Positions 1 through 8,845 of a stretch of DNA of 64,000 bases are shown here, in pieces. Under the pieces are notes generated by a model, which was given only the letters and a program-made list of their open reading frames with translations, was not told where the DNA came from and made no database searches. Positions within the stretch are counted from its first letter, which is position 1. Each line of letters opens with the position of its first letter. The DNA is taken from NCBI GenBank assembly GCA_963703315.1, contig OY969811.1, positions 3,072,001 to 3,136,000 on the forward strand. The letters run 5' to 3'. Origin of the DNA: an uncultured cyanobacterium (GTDB lineage Bacteria; Cyanobacteriota; Cyanobacteriia; Pseudanabaenales; Pseudanabaenaceae). Position numbers and translations under genes: made by a program.

Positions 1-247
1 GTAGTTCACAGCTTTTAGCTAAACCTTCAGCATCAAGGCTTTGGAGGTCGTACCACATTTTGCCATTGGGCATCGGATGGTTAAATGGGGCTTCAGGACA
101 AATCCATTGATAATTAGCAAGTCCGACTAATGGGGCAAGGGAAACTAAATCATCACAGTTTGCTCCCCAGCCATGCAGGGCGACGATCGCACCTTGGGCA
201 TCGGGATTGGGTAATTGCGTAGGCAGCGATCGGTAATTTAAGGTCAT
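1..247 (-). CDS. Alpha/beta hydrolase (phospholipase/carboxylesterase family), N-terminal part; runs off the window
   Basis: Manual translation from ATG at 247: MTLNYRSLPTQLPNPDAQGAIVALHGWGANCDDL...WICPEAP...WYDL, typical LHGxG and PxAP/WYD motifs. Confidence 0.75.
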   Translation of the reverse strand, partial: MTLNYRSLPTQLPNPDAQGAIVALHGWGANCDDLVSLAPLVGLANYQWICPEAPFNHPMPNGKMWYDLQSLDAEGLAKSCEL

Positions 248-283
248 GAGCAAAATTATATATTTATATAGCGATCGCCTAAT

Positions 284-892
284 TTATGGTAGCAATCCAT
301 AATTGGGAGCTGCATCTAGCGAGATGTCTGGCAGATGACGCAGCATAGCATCCCATGTCGTTTGTGATTGCAGCGACTTGATAACTAGAGGCAAGGGTTC
401 GGCAAGAATGGCGGGGAAATTTGCTTCTTCAGAGAACTGCGTTTTAAAGGCTAATTGTTCATGGGGCGGTGTGAATTGCGCGTTGACTCCAGCTTTGTTG
501 CCTCTAGCATCCACTCTATACCAACCAAATTCAGGTAAATAGATCGCATTAAACCCATGCAAACAATAAGGAGCGCCTTGATCATCAATGCTTAATCTCT
601 GATAACAAAATCCTGTAGGAATCTGATTGGCGCGGAGTAAGGCGGTGAGGAGATGGCTCTTGGCATAGCAATAACCTGTTTTGTATTGCAGTACATCTGA
701 CGATCGCCAAGTTACAGGATTCATTTGATAGTCAGAACTATGACGGATCTCGTCACGTACCCATTCAAAGCAAGCCTTGGCGATCTCTTCTGATGTTTGA
801 TGACCCGATGCGATTTGGTGAGCGCATTTGATGATTTCGGGATGTTGCCAATCAATAACTACACTAACTTGTAAATAATCTTCCATCTTCAA
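284..892 (-). CDS. Transglutaminase-like family protein
   Basis: GYCYAKSHLLTALLRA catalytic Cys motif, LHGFNAIY His, GWYRVDARG Asp. Confidence 0.85.
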   Translation of the reverse strand: MKMEDYLQVSVVIDWQHPEIIKCAHQIASGHQTSEEIAKACFEWVRDEIRHSSDYQMNPVTWRSSDVLQYKTGYCYAKSHLLTALLRANQIPTGFCYQRLSIDDQGAPYCLHGFNAIYLPEFGWYRVDARGNKAGVNAQFTPPHEQLAFKTQFSEEANFPAILAEPLPLVIKSLQSQTTWDAMLRHLPDISLDAAPNYGLLP

Positions 893-1041
893 AAGCTTGG
901 ACTCTCACCTGCGGAATTTTTTGGACTTTAAGGAGCAAATGGTAAGGCTTATCAACATCGCTTACAATAAAAACGCATAGAAAATGCACTTTTAAAAATC
1001 AAATCATAAAACCTTCTAAAAACTGCTGGAGAAATGCCTGA

Positions 1042-2121
1042 ATGCAACTCGTCGCGCTTCAGAACTTACTAGATAACACCTCATTTGCGATCCTTTTTAC
1101 GACTATGCTCGTTTTTTGGATTCATGTCGCATTTCCGACTTTGCCCTATCTGCGATCGCTAGGAAATGCAGGCATGGCGATCGCCAATCTTTGTATTGCT
1201 GCATTACTGGGAGCGCGTTGGATTGATGCAGGCTATTTCCCACTCAGCAATCTTTACGAATCACTATTTTTCTTGGCATGGGGCATTACGACCATGCACC
1301 TTGTGGTTGATCGCATTGGCAATAAGAGCGCTAACGATACTGCCAAACGCTTGATTGGGGCATTTACTTCACCGATGGCAATGGGAATCACTGCCTTTGC
1401 AGCTTTAGCTTTACCTTTAGAGATGCAGTTGTCAGAGCCATTAGTCCCTGCTCTGAAGTCCAACTGGCTAATGATGCACGTTACGGTGATGCTGCTGAGC
1501 TATGCTGCTTTGATGACAGGCAGTATTTTAGCGATCGCCTTTTTGATTGTTACTCGCGGTCAAGAAGTCGTTTTACAGGGCAGTTCCTTCGGTACAAATC
1601 TTCGCAGTGTGAAGGACACAAAACATTCTAATTCACAATCTAATCCTGAGACTTTTGCTGCATTTGCCGTTGAAGGTATGGGCAGTGTTTTAAGTGCAGC
1701 TAATTTACCATCGGTAAATACGGCAGCAAATATGTCAGCAAATACAGCTACATTAGTTTCTGAAAATATTACCCAGACAAAACCGCTATCTTTGCGTCGT
1801 CTTACCCTTGGCGAGACTTTGGACAATCTCAGTTATCGGGCGATCGGGCTAGGTTTTCCGCTACTGACGATCGGTATCATCGCTGGGGGGGTATGGGCAA
1901 ATGAAGCATGGGGTTCGTATTGGAGTTGGGATCCTAAGGAAACGTGGTCTTTAATTACATGGTTAGTATTTGCAGCTTATTTACATACGCGCATTACCAA
2001 AGGTTGGCAGGGACGTAAGCCTGCAATTTTAGCAAGTGTGGGCTTATTAGTAGTGTGGACTTGCTATCTCGGTGTAAACCTGCTCGGTAAAGGTTTGCAT
2101 AGTTATGGCTGGTTCCTCTAG
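1042..2121 (+). CDS. ccsA: Cytochrome c biogenesis protein CcsA (CcsB in some annotations)
   Basis: WWD motif [29 protein letters not shown]-terminal GLHSYGW. Confidence 0.95.
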   Translation: MQLVALQNLLDNTSFAILFTTMLVFWIHVAFPTLPYLRSLGNAGMAIANLCIAALLGARWIDAGYFPLSNLYESLFFLAWGITTMHLVVDRIGNKSANDTAKRLIGAFTSPMAMGITAFAALALPLEMQLSEPLVPALKSNWLMMHVTVMLLSYAALMTGSILAIAFLIVTRGQEVVLQGSSFGTNLRSVKDTKHSNSQSNPETFAAFAVEGMGSVLSAANLPSVNTAANMSANTATLVSENITQTKPLSLRRLTLGETLDNLSYRAIGLGFPLLTIGIIAGGVWANEAWGSYWSWDPKETWSLITWLVFAAYLHTRITKGWQGRKPAILASVGLLVVWTCYLGVNLLGKGLHSYGWFL

Positions 2122-2148
2122 TTCAACCAAAGCTTCGCAAATCCCGTA

Positions 2149-2185
2149 AAAGCAAAAGGTGGCGCAATGCGCCACCTTTTGCTTT
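2149..2185. repeat. Perfect 17-bp palindrome with GC-AAT-GC loop; probable bidirectional terminator between convergent genes
   Basis: aaagcaaaaggtggcgc-aat-gcgccaccttttgcttt. Confidence 0.85.
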
Positions 2186-2224
2186 GCTATACAAGAGATT
2201 TTTTAGCGCGAAGCGCTATATTTT

Positions 2225-2869
2225 CTAGCGATCGCTTAACTCTTGTTGTAGTTTAGGCAGACTCTCTAATTCAAATACAGTGATTTGTCCAGAATTAGCG
2301 CCCCCCCTGCCATTTTGAAGTAACTCCACCCAATAGCCATATTTTTTACCTTGACGGACTTCCCCTTGCAAAGCCCACAGAATTGCGGAAGCGTTCTTGC
2401 TGCGCGATCGCTGCACCATTGCCGCAGTGGGATAGGCATACACCCGTTTAGCAGTAGCATAATCGCGCATTACTTCAGGACCATAAATAGAACGTAATGA
2501 CTCTTCTAGACGCGATCGCGTGACACCATTGACGATATCCACAAATCTAATCTGCTCACTTCTAATCAAGTTAGCATCGCTACTCTTGATGGTAGCTATT
2601 CCTGGTAGCACGACACTGGCTTGAAATTGAAAGCGTCTTGATGGCGTATCACTTTTTTTTACCAACAGTCTTTCACCTGCTTCTGGACGTAAGGCAGGAT
2701 TGGTTCTAATCCAATCGATAACTTGATCGGGCGTTTGACCGGGTAAAGCGATCGCCGATGGGATCGTTTGCCATGCAGTCGGCACAGCAATGCTTAATAT
2801 TTGCGTCAAAAGCGTTGTAGCGATCGCCGTTTTCACATGGTTAATGTTTGCGCTCTTAAAGCAATTCAT
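2225..2869 (-). CDS. Conserved hypothetical protein with probable N-terminal signal peptide
   Basis: 214-aa ORF, hydrophobic N-terminus followed by ALPGQ, HIP1-rich like native genes. Confidence 0.7.
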   Translation of the reverse strand: MNCFKSANINHVKTAIATTLLTQILSIAVPTAWQTIPSAIALPGQTPDQVIDWIRTNPALRPEAGERLLVKKSDTPSRRFQFQASVVLPGIATIKSSDANLIRSEQIRFVDIVNGVTRSRLEESLRSIYGPEVMRDYATAKRVYAYPTAAMVQRSRSKNASAILWALQGEVRQGKKYGYWVELLQNGRGGANSGQITVFELESLPKLQQELSDR

Positions 2870-3068
2870 GAGATTCCTCTACACCAATTAAATCCTAGTA
2901 GACAAATTTAGCTGGCAAATAATGGCTGACAGAATATCATGGACTGGCGTAATTGCAATGACTTTTTCAGTCTTTTTCCGATATTTTTAGGACATCTGTC
3001 GCCGTAGTGTCATTTTTTATTCGTACCCATAGAATAGAACTGTAGATACTGTCTTGAGTACCAAAAAG

Positions 3069-4055
3069 TCAAGAGGGAATTTGAACAAAATTTGGGTCGA
3101 AAGAACGCTGAGACTTGAGAACGCCAAAGACCTGTCGTAACAGCTTGTGCATGACAGCCCCAATGACAGACATTTTGGACTTACCCTTAGCCGTAAGGCG
3201 AGCGCAGAAAGCAGCAATCGGCAAATTATAACGACGGGCAACAATCGCAGGCATAAACAAAGCTTTACGCAAACGCGAATTACCAATTTTAGATAAACGT
3301 GGCTTACCATGAATCGAAGAACCAGATGAGAACTCACGGGGAGTTAAACCCGCAAAAGCTGCCAGTTGATCAGCAGTATCAAAGGCAGAAATATCCCGAA
3401 TTTCCGCCAGTAATATAGTTGCGGTCAGTTCAGCAATACCAGGAATAGAAGTCAACAAATCCCGTTGAGATTTCAAATGAGGGTGTTGATCAAAGTGCTG
3501 ACGGATCAATTTTTTGGTCATCTCAATTTGCTCTTTGAGAAAATCAATGTGAGCATTAATTGCCTCAACCAAAATTGGATCAGCCGTAGCAAGACGATTC
3601 TGCTCTTGCTGCTGCATAGCAGTTAAGCTATCTAAACGATGCACCAATGCTTGTAGTTGCTCAATTTCTAATGCTGGTGGTGTCCAAAGAGCAGGTTTTA
3701 AGGCTGCACAAAATCTAGCAATGACTTTAGCATCAGCACGGTCAGTCTTTGTACGACTTAACTCACTCTTGCCAAAGGCTTTGGGACGGGATGGATTAAC
3801 AATACTTACTTTGTATCCTGCCTCTACTAAGAATCTAGCTAACCCATTGCCGTAAGTGCTGGTAGCTTCCATACAACTATGCAAGTTTGTCACATTTTGA
3901 AGGTTTAGCCATTCTTGTAATTCAGCAAATCCTTCAGGATTGTTGGCAAATACTTTGCTCTTGATTTTGGCGTTGCCTTGGATTAGAGCAACATCAAATT
4001 TGGCTTTGCTGATATCTATTCCTAAAACATCATATACTTCATTGTTATTGTTCAT
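3069..4055 (-). CDS. IS110-family DEDD recombinase/transposase
   Basis: GIDISK, CMEATS, KTDRADA (DEDD), SIPGIA, AFAGLTP-x-SSGSS serine motif, GNSRLRKAL. Confidence 0.97.
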   Translation of the reverse strand: MNNNNEVYDVLGIDISKAKFDVALIQGNAKIKSKVFANNPEGFAELQEWLNLQNVTNLHSCMEATSTYGNGLARFLVEAGYKVSIVNPSRPKAFGKSELSRTKTDRADAKVIARFCAALKPALWTPPALEIEQLQALVHRLDSLTAMQQQEQNRLATADPILVEAINAHIDFLKEQIEMTKKLIRQHFDQHPHLKSQRDLLTSIPGIAELTATILLAEIRDISAFDTADQLAAFAGLTPREFSSGSSIHGKPRLSKIGNSRLRKALFMPAIVARRYNLPIAAFCARLTAKGKSKMSVIGAVMHKLLRQVFGVLKSQRSFDPNFVQIPS

Positions 4056-4094
4056 TGGGGGCAGTCCTCTTGCTAGATTTGTCCATCAAGCAAT

Positions 4095-4290
4095 CAGTGG
4101 TATTGAACTATCCTTGTGAATGCAGGTTTACCCGTTGGGCGACCTCTGATACTGTCCAGTCTTTACTTGTTTCCACTGTTTAAGCAGAGACGACTCTATC
4201 TACAAAACGGGCTTGGTGTCCCTAGGGGCAGATCGAGTTTATCTCTGCTTTTGCTTTTTCGGATTGTAGTAAAGATTTTATCCTTTACTT
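4095..4290 (-). ncRNA. Predicted bridge RNA of IS110 copy 1 (ends approximate)
   Basis: Reverse complement of 4500-4695; left target guide at 4224-4232. Confidence 0.8.
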
Positions 4291-4305
4291 TTCCTCCTAG
4301 ATACA

Positions 4306-4484
4306 AGGGGCAGAGCATTCCCGCAGGAATTTATACATTTTTAGATAATCCTCCTTTGGGAATGCTCTGCCCAAAACCTCGCAACGCAGGGAAAAATTGT
4401 CTGTAAAAGCATAAAGGGCAGAGCATTTGCGGAACGAGATTTGTGTGATGGGTTTTCAAATTGTGGCGCAAATGCTCTGCCCCT
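4306..4484. repeat. GTAG-family REP doublet/MITE made of two hairpins; target of both IS110 copies
   Basis: gggcagagcattccc...gggaatgctctgccc and gggcagagcatttgcg...cgcaaatgctctgccc; removing both IS restores termini GTAGGGGCAGAGCATT...AATGCTCTGCCCCTAC. Confidence 0.85.
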
Positions 4485-4499
4485 TGTATCTAGGAGGAA

Positions 4500-4695
4500 A
4501 AGTAAAGGATAAAATCTTTACTACAATCCGAAAAAGCAAAAGCAGAGATAAACTCGATCTGCCCCTAGGGACACCAAGCCCGTTTTGTAGATAGAGTCGT
4601 CTCTGCTTAAACAGTGGAAACAAGTAAAGACTGGACAGTATCAGAGGTCGCCCAACGGGTAAACCTGCATTCACAAGGATAGTTCAATACCACTG
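4500..4695 (+). ncRNA. Predicted bridge RNA of IS110 copy 2 (ends approximate)
   Basis: Target loop: stem agcagaga 4541-4548 / tctctgct 4600-4607, guides TCTGCCCCT 4558-4566 and TGTAG 4586-4590. Donor loop: stem cagtgg 4612-4617 / ccactg 4690-4695, guides ACAGTATC 4635-4642 and ACAAG 4673-4677. Confidence 0.8.
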
Positions 4696-4735
4696 ATTGC
4701 TTGATGGACAAATCTAGCAAGAGGACTGCCCCCCA

Positions 4736-5722
4736 ATGAACAATAACAATGAAGTATATGATGTTTTAGGAATAGATATCAGCAAAGCCAAATTTGATGT
4801 TGCTCTAATCCAAGGCAACGCCAAAATCAAGAGCAAAGTATTTGCCAACAATCCTGAAGGATTTGCTGAATTACAAGAATGGCTAAACCTTCAAAATGTG
4901 ACAAACTTGCATAGTTGTATGGAAGCTACCAGCACTTACGGCAATGGGTTAGCTAGATTCTTAGTAGAGGCAGGATACAAAGTAAGTATTGTTAATCCAT
5001 CCCGTCCCAAAGCCTTTGGCAAGAGTGAGTTAAGTCGTACAAAGACTGACCGTGCTGATGCTAAAGTCATTGCTAGATTTTGTGCAGCCTTAAAACCTGC
5101 TCTTTGGACACCACCAGCATTAGAAATTGAGCAACTACAAGCATTGGTGCATCGTTTAGATAGCTTAACTGCTATGCAGCAGCAAGAGCAGAATCGTCTT
5201 GCTACGGCTGATCCAATTTTGGTTGAGGCAATTAATGCTCACATTGATTTTCTCAAAGAGCAAATTGAGATGACCAAAAAATTGATCCGTCAGCACTTTG
5301 ATCAACACCCTCATTTGAAATCTCAACGGGATTTGTTGACTTCTATTCCTGGTATTGCTGAACTGACCGCAACTATATTACTGGCGGAAATTCGGGATAT
5401 TTCTGCCTTTGATACTGCTGATCAACTGGCAGCTTTTGCGGGTTTAACTCCCCGTGAGTTCTCATCTGGTTCTTCGATTCATGGTAAGCCACGTTTATCT
5501 AAAATTGGTAATTCGCGTTTGCGTAAAGCTTTGTTTATGCCTGCGATTGTTGCCCGTCGTTATAATTTGCCGATTGCTGCTTTCTGCGCTCGCCTTACGG
5601 CTAAGGGTAAGTCCAAAATGTCTGTCATTGGGGCTGTCATGCACAAGCTGTTACGACAGGTCTTTGGCGTTCTCAAGTCTCAGCGTTCTTTCGACCCAAA
5701 TTTTGTTCAAATTCCCTCTTGA
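4736..5722 (+). CDS. IS110-family DEDD recombinase/transposase (same protein as copy 1)
   Basis: Identical 328-aa translation in the ORF track. Confidence 0.97.
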   Translation: MNNNNEVYDVLGIDISKAKFDVALIQGNAKIKSKVFANNPEGFAELQEWLNLQNVTNLHSCMEATSTYGNGLARFLVEAGYKVSIVNPSRPKAFGKSELSRTKTDRADAKVIARFCAALKPALWTPPALEIEQLQALVHRLDSLTAMQQQEQNRLATADPILVEAINAHIDFLKEQIEMTKKLIRQHFDQHPHLKSQRDLLTSIPGIAELTATILLAEIRDISAFDTADQLAAFAGLTPREFSSGSSIHGKPRLSKIGNSRLRKALFMPAIVARRYNLPIAAFCARLTAKGKSKMSVIGAVMHKLLRQVFGVLKSQRSFDPNFVQIPS

Positions 5723-5864
5723 CTTTTTGGTACTCAAGACAGTATCTACGTTTTTGTTGCGATAAATCACTGATGGTGCAATAGGTAAGCTTTCGTGAAA
5801 ATGCTTTGATAGTAAGGACTTGCAGCTTTATTCCAAAGAAATCAAAAAAAACATGCTCAAGGTA

Positions 5865-5893
5865 TTGACAAACCTTTTGTAAATCTCCATAAT
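5865..5893 (+). promoter_or_regulatory. Sigma70-type promoter upstream of tRNA-Asp
   Basis: TTGACA 5865-5870, 17-nt spacer, CATAAT 5888-5893. Confidence 0.75.
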
Positions 5894-5982
5894 AAGGAGC
5901 GCTTAAATAAAGAAACGCAAAAACCGCGCTGCAAACCAGTTGGTAGCAAGCAATTCTTTAAATAAAGTTTAAGCAAAAATTT

Positions 5983-6056
5983 GGGTTCGTAGTTCAATTG
6001 GTTAGAGCACCGCCCTGTCACGGCGGAAGTTGCGGGTTCGAGCCCCGTCGAACCCG
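5983..6056 (+). tRNA. trnD: tRNA-Asp(GTC)
   Basis: Acceptor GGGTTCG/CGAACCC, D-arm tagttcaattggttagagc, anticodon arm ccgcc-ct-GTC-ac-ggcgg (GTC 6017-6019), T-loop GTTCGAG; CCA not encoded. Confidence 0.97.
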
Positions 6057-6083
6057 TTCTAGATAAGAATTTTAATAAGAATT

Positions 6084-7154
6084 TTATTTATCATCAGACC
6101 ATCCTAAAAGATTAGATAGCCAACCACGTTTTTGTGGCGGTGCAATAAGTGGCTTTTTTGTGGAATTTGGCTTAGGCAATTTTTTCGCAGTTGCGCTTTG
6201 AGCAGAATTAGGATTGCTCAGATCCTTGATGTGTTTTAATGCCAATGGCTCCTGCGGATTAATCTGAAGCGATCGCATCAGGCTAACTTTTGCCATTTGG
6301 GGCTGATCAATATTTTTGTAAACCACACCGAGCATGGCGTGACATTTGCTACTGTTTTTATCGAGTTGCAAAATCTCGCGCAAATCCTTGAGGGCAGCTT
6401 TCCAATCACCCTGACTCATGTAGATTTCACAAATTTTGAGGCGGTCAGCGATCGCGCTCGGATCTCTTGGCTCAATTCTGGTCTGGATTATCGTTTCATC
6501 GGAAGATGGCGAATTAGGAGATTTGTGACTTGATGAAGAGGAAGTAGGATAAGCGTAACTAGATTTTGCAAGTGATTGGGGATAGGTGGGCATCACCAGT
6601 GGTTTCTGCACCATCGGTTCCAGTACAGGTGGCATATCGGGATCGCCATATTGGTAGCCTTCCTTATAAAGGATATACACCAAATTTAGTTCACTGATCT
6701 GGGCTGTATATTCGAGAATATTATCTAGAGATTGATATTGTAATTTTGCGATCGCGGAAACTGAACGCTCGTAATATCCATCATTAGGAGCTAGCATAAA
6801 CTCACAGGCTAAAGCCGAATGAATTTGAACATTACGCGATTTTTGCATCAGCCGCTTAGCTAGTAACTTAAAGATCCCTTGATAAGCCTTGCGTTCTTCC
6901 TCTTTCATGAGAATGTCGTAGGCAGGATTGACCAGCTTTGCCAAATACTGAGTTGCTACAGCTTTTTCTTTAGCCGAAAAGCCATATACGTCAGGGTGCA
7001 AAATACGAGCAATACTCAGATAGACATGACGAATGTAAATGGGGCTGGTGATAATTGGCAAGCCCAAGGCAGCGTAGTAGTCATGATTGAACTGACTAAT
7101 GCCTCGATTGATGCGGATAAGCTGGAGATTTTGCTCCTTGGGCAGTTGATTCAT
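6084..7154 (-). CDS. J-domain (DnaJ-like) protein with C-terminal TPR
   Basis: DYYAALG...LHPD...VNPAYDIL J-domain; TPR-like helices near the C-terminus. Confidence 0.85.
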   Translation of the reverse strand: MNQLPKEQNLQLIRINRGISQFNHDYYAALGLPIITSPIYIRHVYLSIARILHPDVYGFSAKEKAVATQYLAKLVNPAYDILMKEEERKAYQGIFKLLAKRLMQKSRNVQIHSALACEFMLAPNDGYYERSVSAIAKLQYQSLDNILEYTAQISELNLVYILYKEGYQYGDPDMPPVLEPMVQKPLVMPTYPQSLAKSSYAYPTSSSSSHKSPNSPSSDETIIQTRIEPRDPSAIADRLKICEIYMSQGDWKAALKDLREILQLDKNSSKCHAMLGVVYKNIDQPQMAKVSLMRSLQINPQEPLALKHIKDLSNPNSAQSATAKKLPKPNSTKKPLIAPPQKRGWLSNLLGWSDDK

Positions 7155-7298
7155 AATTGCTCGCGTTGCCCATAACTAAAATGATGGTGGCAAACTGAAT
7201 TTGGCAAATACAATCTTGAAATTCAGTTCGAGATACTTTAGACTTTGCAACATTTCTAACCAAAATATTAGCTTAATCTGTATGGATCTGCGATTTGC

Positions 7299-7357
7299 TA
7301 AGGAATCAGATTTTTTGTGGCGCGGCTGCGCCGCGCCACAAAAAATCTGATTCCTTA
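7299..7357. repeat. Perfect 28-bp palindrome, GC-TGC-GC loop
   Basis: taaggaatcagattttttgtggcgcggc-tgc-gccgcgccacaaaaaatctgattcctta. Confidence 0.9.
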
Positions 7358-7372
7358 TTTTCCTTAATCTAA

Positions 7373-8353
7373 TCAGGAATGTAATGGTAGTACAGCCAGA
7401 GGTAAAAGTGCAAAGCCAATCCAAAGTAAAGCCCACCAAGAAAATTGGGGTAATGGTTCGGGTTCCGCAAGTAAGAAATTAATACGTTCTTCGAGGCGAT
7501 CGCTCGGATTGGTGGAACCAAAGGCAGCCGCAAAGGTTTCATTCTCATTGATATTGCTTATGGTCATATTGCTGCTAACCATTGCAAGTAAAGACTCGGC
7601 AATTAATAAACCATCAGCATAGTTCGCCGCCCAGCGATCGGCACGAAGTTCTCGTAATAGTAGCAGTTCTTCCCATAGTGCTTCGGTATTGGGCAACCAA
7701 GGCATGATTTGACGCAAGCAGCTTAGCCAGAAAAACCAAAAAGTATCGCGATAATGGGCATGGGCGCGTTCATGGAGTAGGACAGCTTCGAGGTGTGGGG
7801 CATCAAGGGTATCGAGTAACCCTTGACTCACAAAAAGCTGCGATCGCCAAAAGCCGATTTGCGCTGCAAATAGCATCGGGATATTTAGCAACTGCACAGG
7901 ATGATCAATGCTTAGGAACCCAATTGTTTGTGGCGCGGTGCAGCCGCGCCACAAACAATCGGGTTCCTTCACAACTAAACTTTGTAACTTTTGTAAAGAT
8001 TGCCAGCCATTCCATACCAGTTGCACTGCACGCAAAATGCTGTAAATCAAAAATATCAGAGCGATCGCATAGCTCAGTCGTCCAGCTTGCAAACCAATCA
8101 TTTGTCCATCGGCTCCCATGCAAAGCACCGCGATCGCCGTCATCACGACTAGCAATGGGGGCAACACGAAACATACTAATGCTTTGTGCCAACGCCTTTG
8201 CCAAGAACTTGACCCTGAATTTTGATGACTTTGATTTTGATGATTTTGCCAGCCATAACGCAATCCCCACGCAAGACAGAGGGAGCCGAGCAGCATCACA
8301 GAATGTATCGACAAAGAATGTATAGGGGAAAAATATACAGAAGAAAAGGACAT
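7373..8353 (-). CDS. M56 family (BlaR1-like) metallopeptidase carrying an in-frame palindromic insert
   Basis: AVLLHERAH (HExxH), ELRADRWA; directly downstream of a BlaI-type repressor. Confidence 0.9.
   Translation of the reverse strand: MSFSSVYFSPIHSLSIHSVMLLGSLCLAWGLRYGWQNHQNQSHQNSGSSSWQRRWHKALVCFVLPPLLVVMTAIAVLCMGADGQMIGLQAGRLSYAIALIFLIYSILRAVQLVWNGWQSLQKLQSLVVKEPDCLWRGCTAPQTIGFLSIDHPVQLLNIPMLFAAQIGFWRSQLFVSQGLLDTLDAPHLEAVLLHERAHAHYRDTFWFFWLSCLRQIMPWLPNTEALWEELLLLRELRADRWAANYADGLLIAESLLAMVSSNMTISNINENETFAAAFGSTNPSDRLEERINFLLAEPEPLPQFSWWALLWIGFALLPLAVLPLHS
7914..7968. repeat. Palindromic element inside the M56 CDS, same family as 7299-7357
   Basis: 25-bp arms with one mismatch; encodes KEPDCLWRGCTAPQTIGFL. 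Confidence 0.85.
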
Positions 8354-8357
8354 TAGC

Positions 8358-8786
8358 TTAACCTTCCTGTGATTGATCTCTGGATTGGCGGAGATTTTTG
8401 AGACGGACGGCGATCGCCTCTAGTTTGTCCATACTGGCATGGTCAAGATCATCGGCAAAAGCGGCAACTATATCGGCATTACCTACTTCCAAAAAACGGT
8501 TAAGTTGGTGGTAGGCATCTAGGGCTTGAGCTTCTTGTCGGGAGATCAGCGCTTGCCAATAGAGAGTCCGTCCCTCTTTTTCACAATTAATCCATCCCTT
8601 CTGCTCTAGGCGACGCAGCACAGTCATTACTGACCCATAAGCTAATTCGCGATCGGGATCGGTCAAAATGCGATCGTGAATATCCGTAGCACCTAGTCTC
8701 GTACTATCCCAAATAATATTTAAGATCTCTGACTCTAGAGGTCCTAGTGATAATTGCTTCGGTCGATATTTTGGTAATGGGGTCAT
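8358..8786 (-). CDS. BlaI/MecI/CopY family transcriptional regulator
   Basis: LGPLESEILNIIW, LAYGSVMTVLRRLEQKGW. Confidence 0.92.
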   Translation of the reverse strand: MTPLPKYRPKQLSLGPLESEILNIIWDSTRLGATDIHDRILTDPDRELAYGSVMTVLRRLEQKGWINCEKEGRTLYWQALISRQEAQALDAYHQLNRFLEVGNADIVAAFADDLDHASMDKLEAIAVRLKNLRQSRDQSQEG

Positions 8787-8845
8787 AAGCGGTCAAACGT
8801 CACTATGTAAGTGTAACTATAGCGCTTTGCAATATGCCAAGATTA

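Larger units (their letters stand above)
3044..4307 (-). mobile_element. IS110-family (IS621-like) insertion sequence, copy 1
   Basis: No TIRs; bounded by CT cores (AG at 3044-3045 and 4306-4307 on +); ~250-bp non-coding left end; identity to copy 2 breaks at the right end 2 nt past the core. Confidence 0.95.
4483..5747 (+). mobile_element. IS110-family (IS621-like) insertion sequence, copy 2
   Basis: CT cores at 4483-4484 and 5746-5747; inverted copy of 3044-4307 with one extra C before the ATG. Confidence 0.95.

Noticed and set aside
3017..3337. ORF MSSHLVLRF... and its twin at 5454-5765
   Set aside because: Alternative-frame shadow of the transposase; C-termini depend on flanking DNA
4306..4484. 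Repeats with unique spacers resembling a mini CRISPR
   Set aside because: Repeats alternate in orientation, there are only four short arms, and no cas genes are present
4116..4674. ORFs 4116-4406 and 4456-4674 (MNAGLPVGRP...)
   Set aside because: Antisense to the bridge RNA region and running out of the IS into the REP; duplicated only because the IS is duplicated
3044..5747. Composite transposon or fold-back assembly artefact
   Set aside because: No cargo gene; each copy has its own correct CT junctions, different outer flanks and a 1-nt difference (long-read confirmation still advisable)
5894..5982. Possible small RNA between the promoter and tRNA-Asp
   Set aside because: Only short hairpins; adequately explained as the tRNA leader
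7176..7439. 87-aa ORF between the J-domain and M56 genes
   Set aside because: Overlaps the M56 end and reads through a palindrome; no protein-like features
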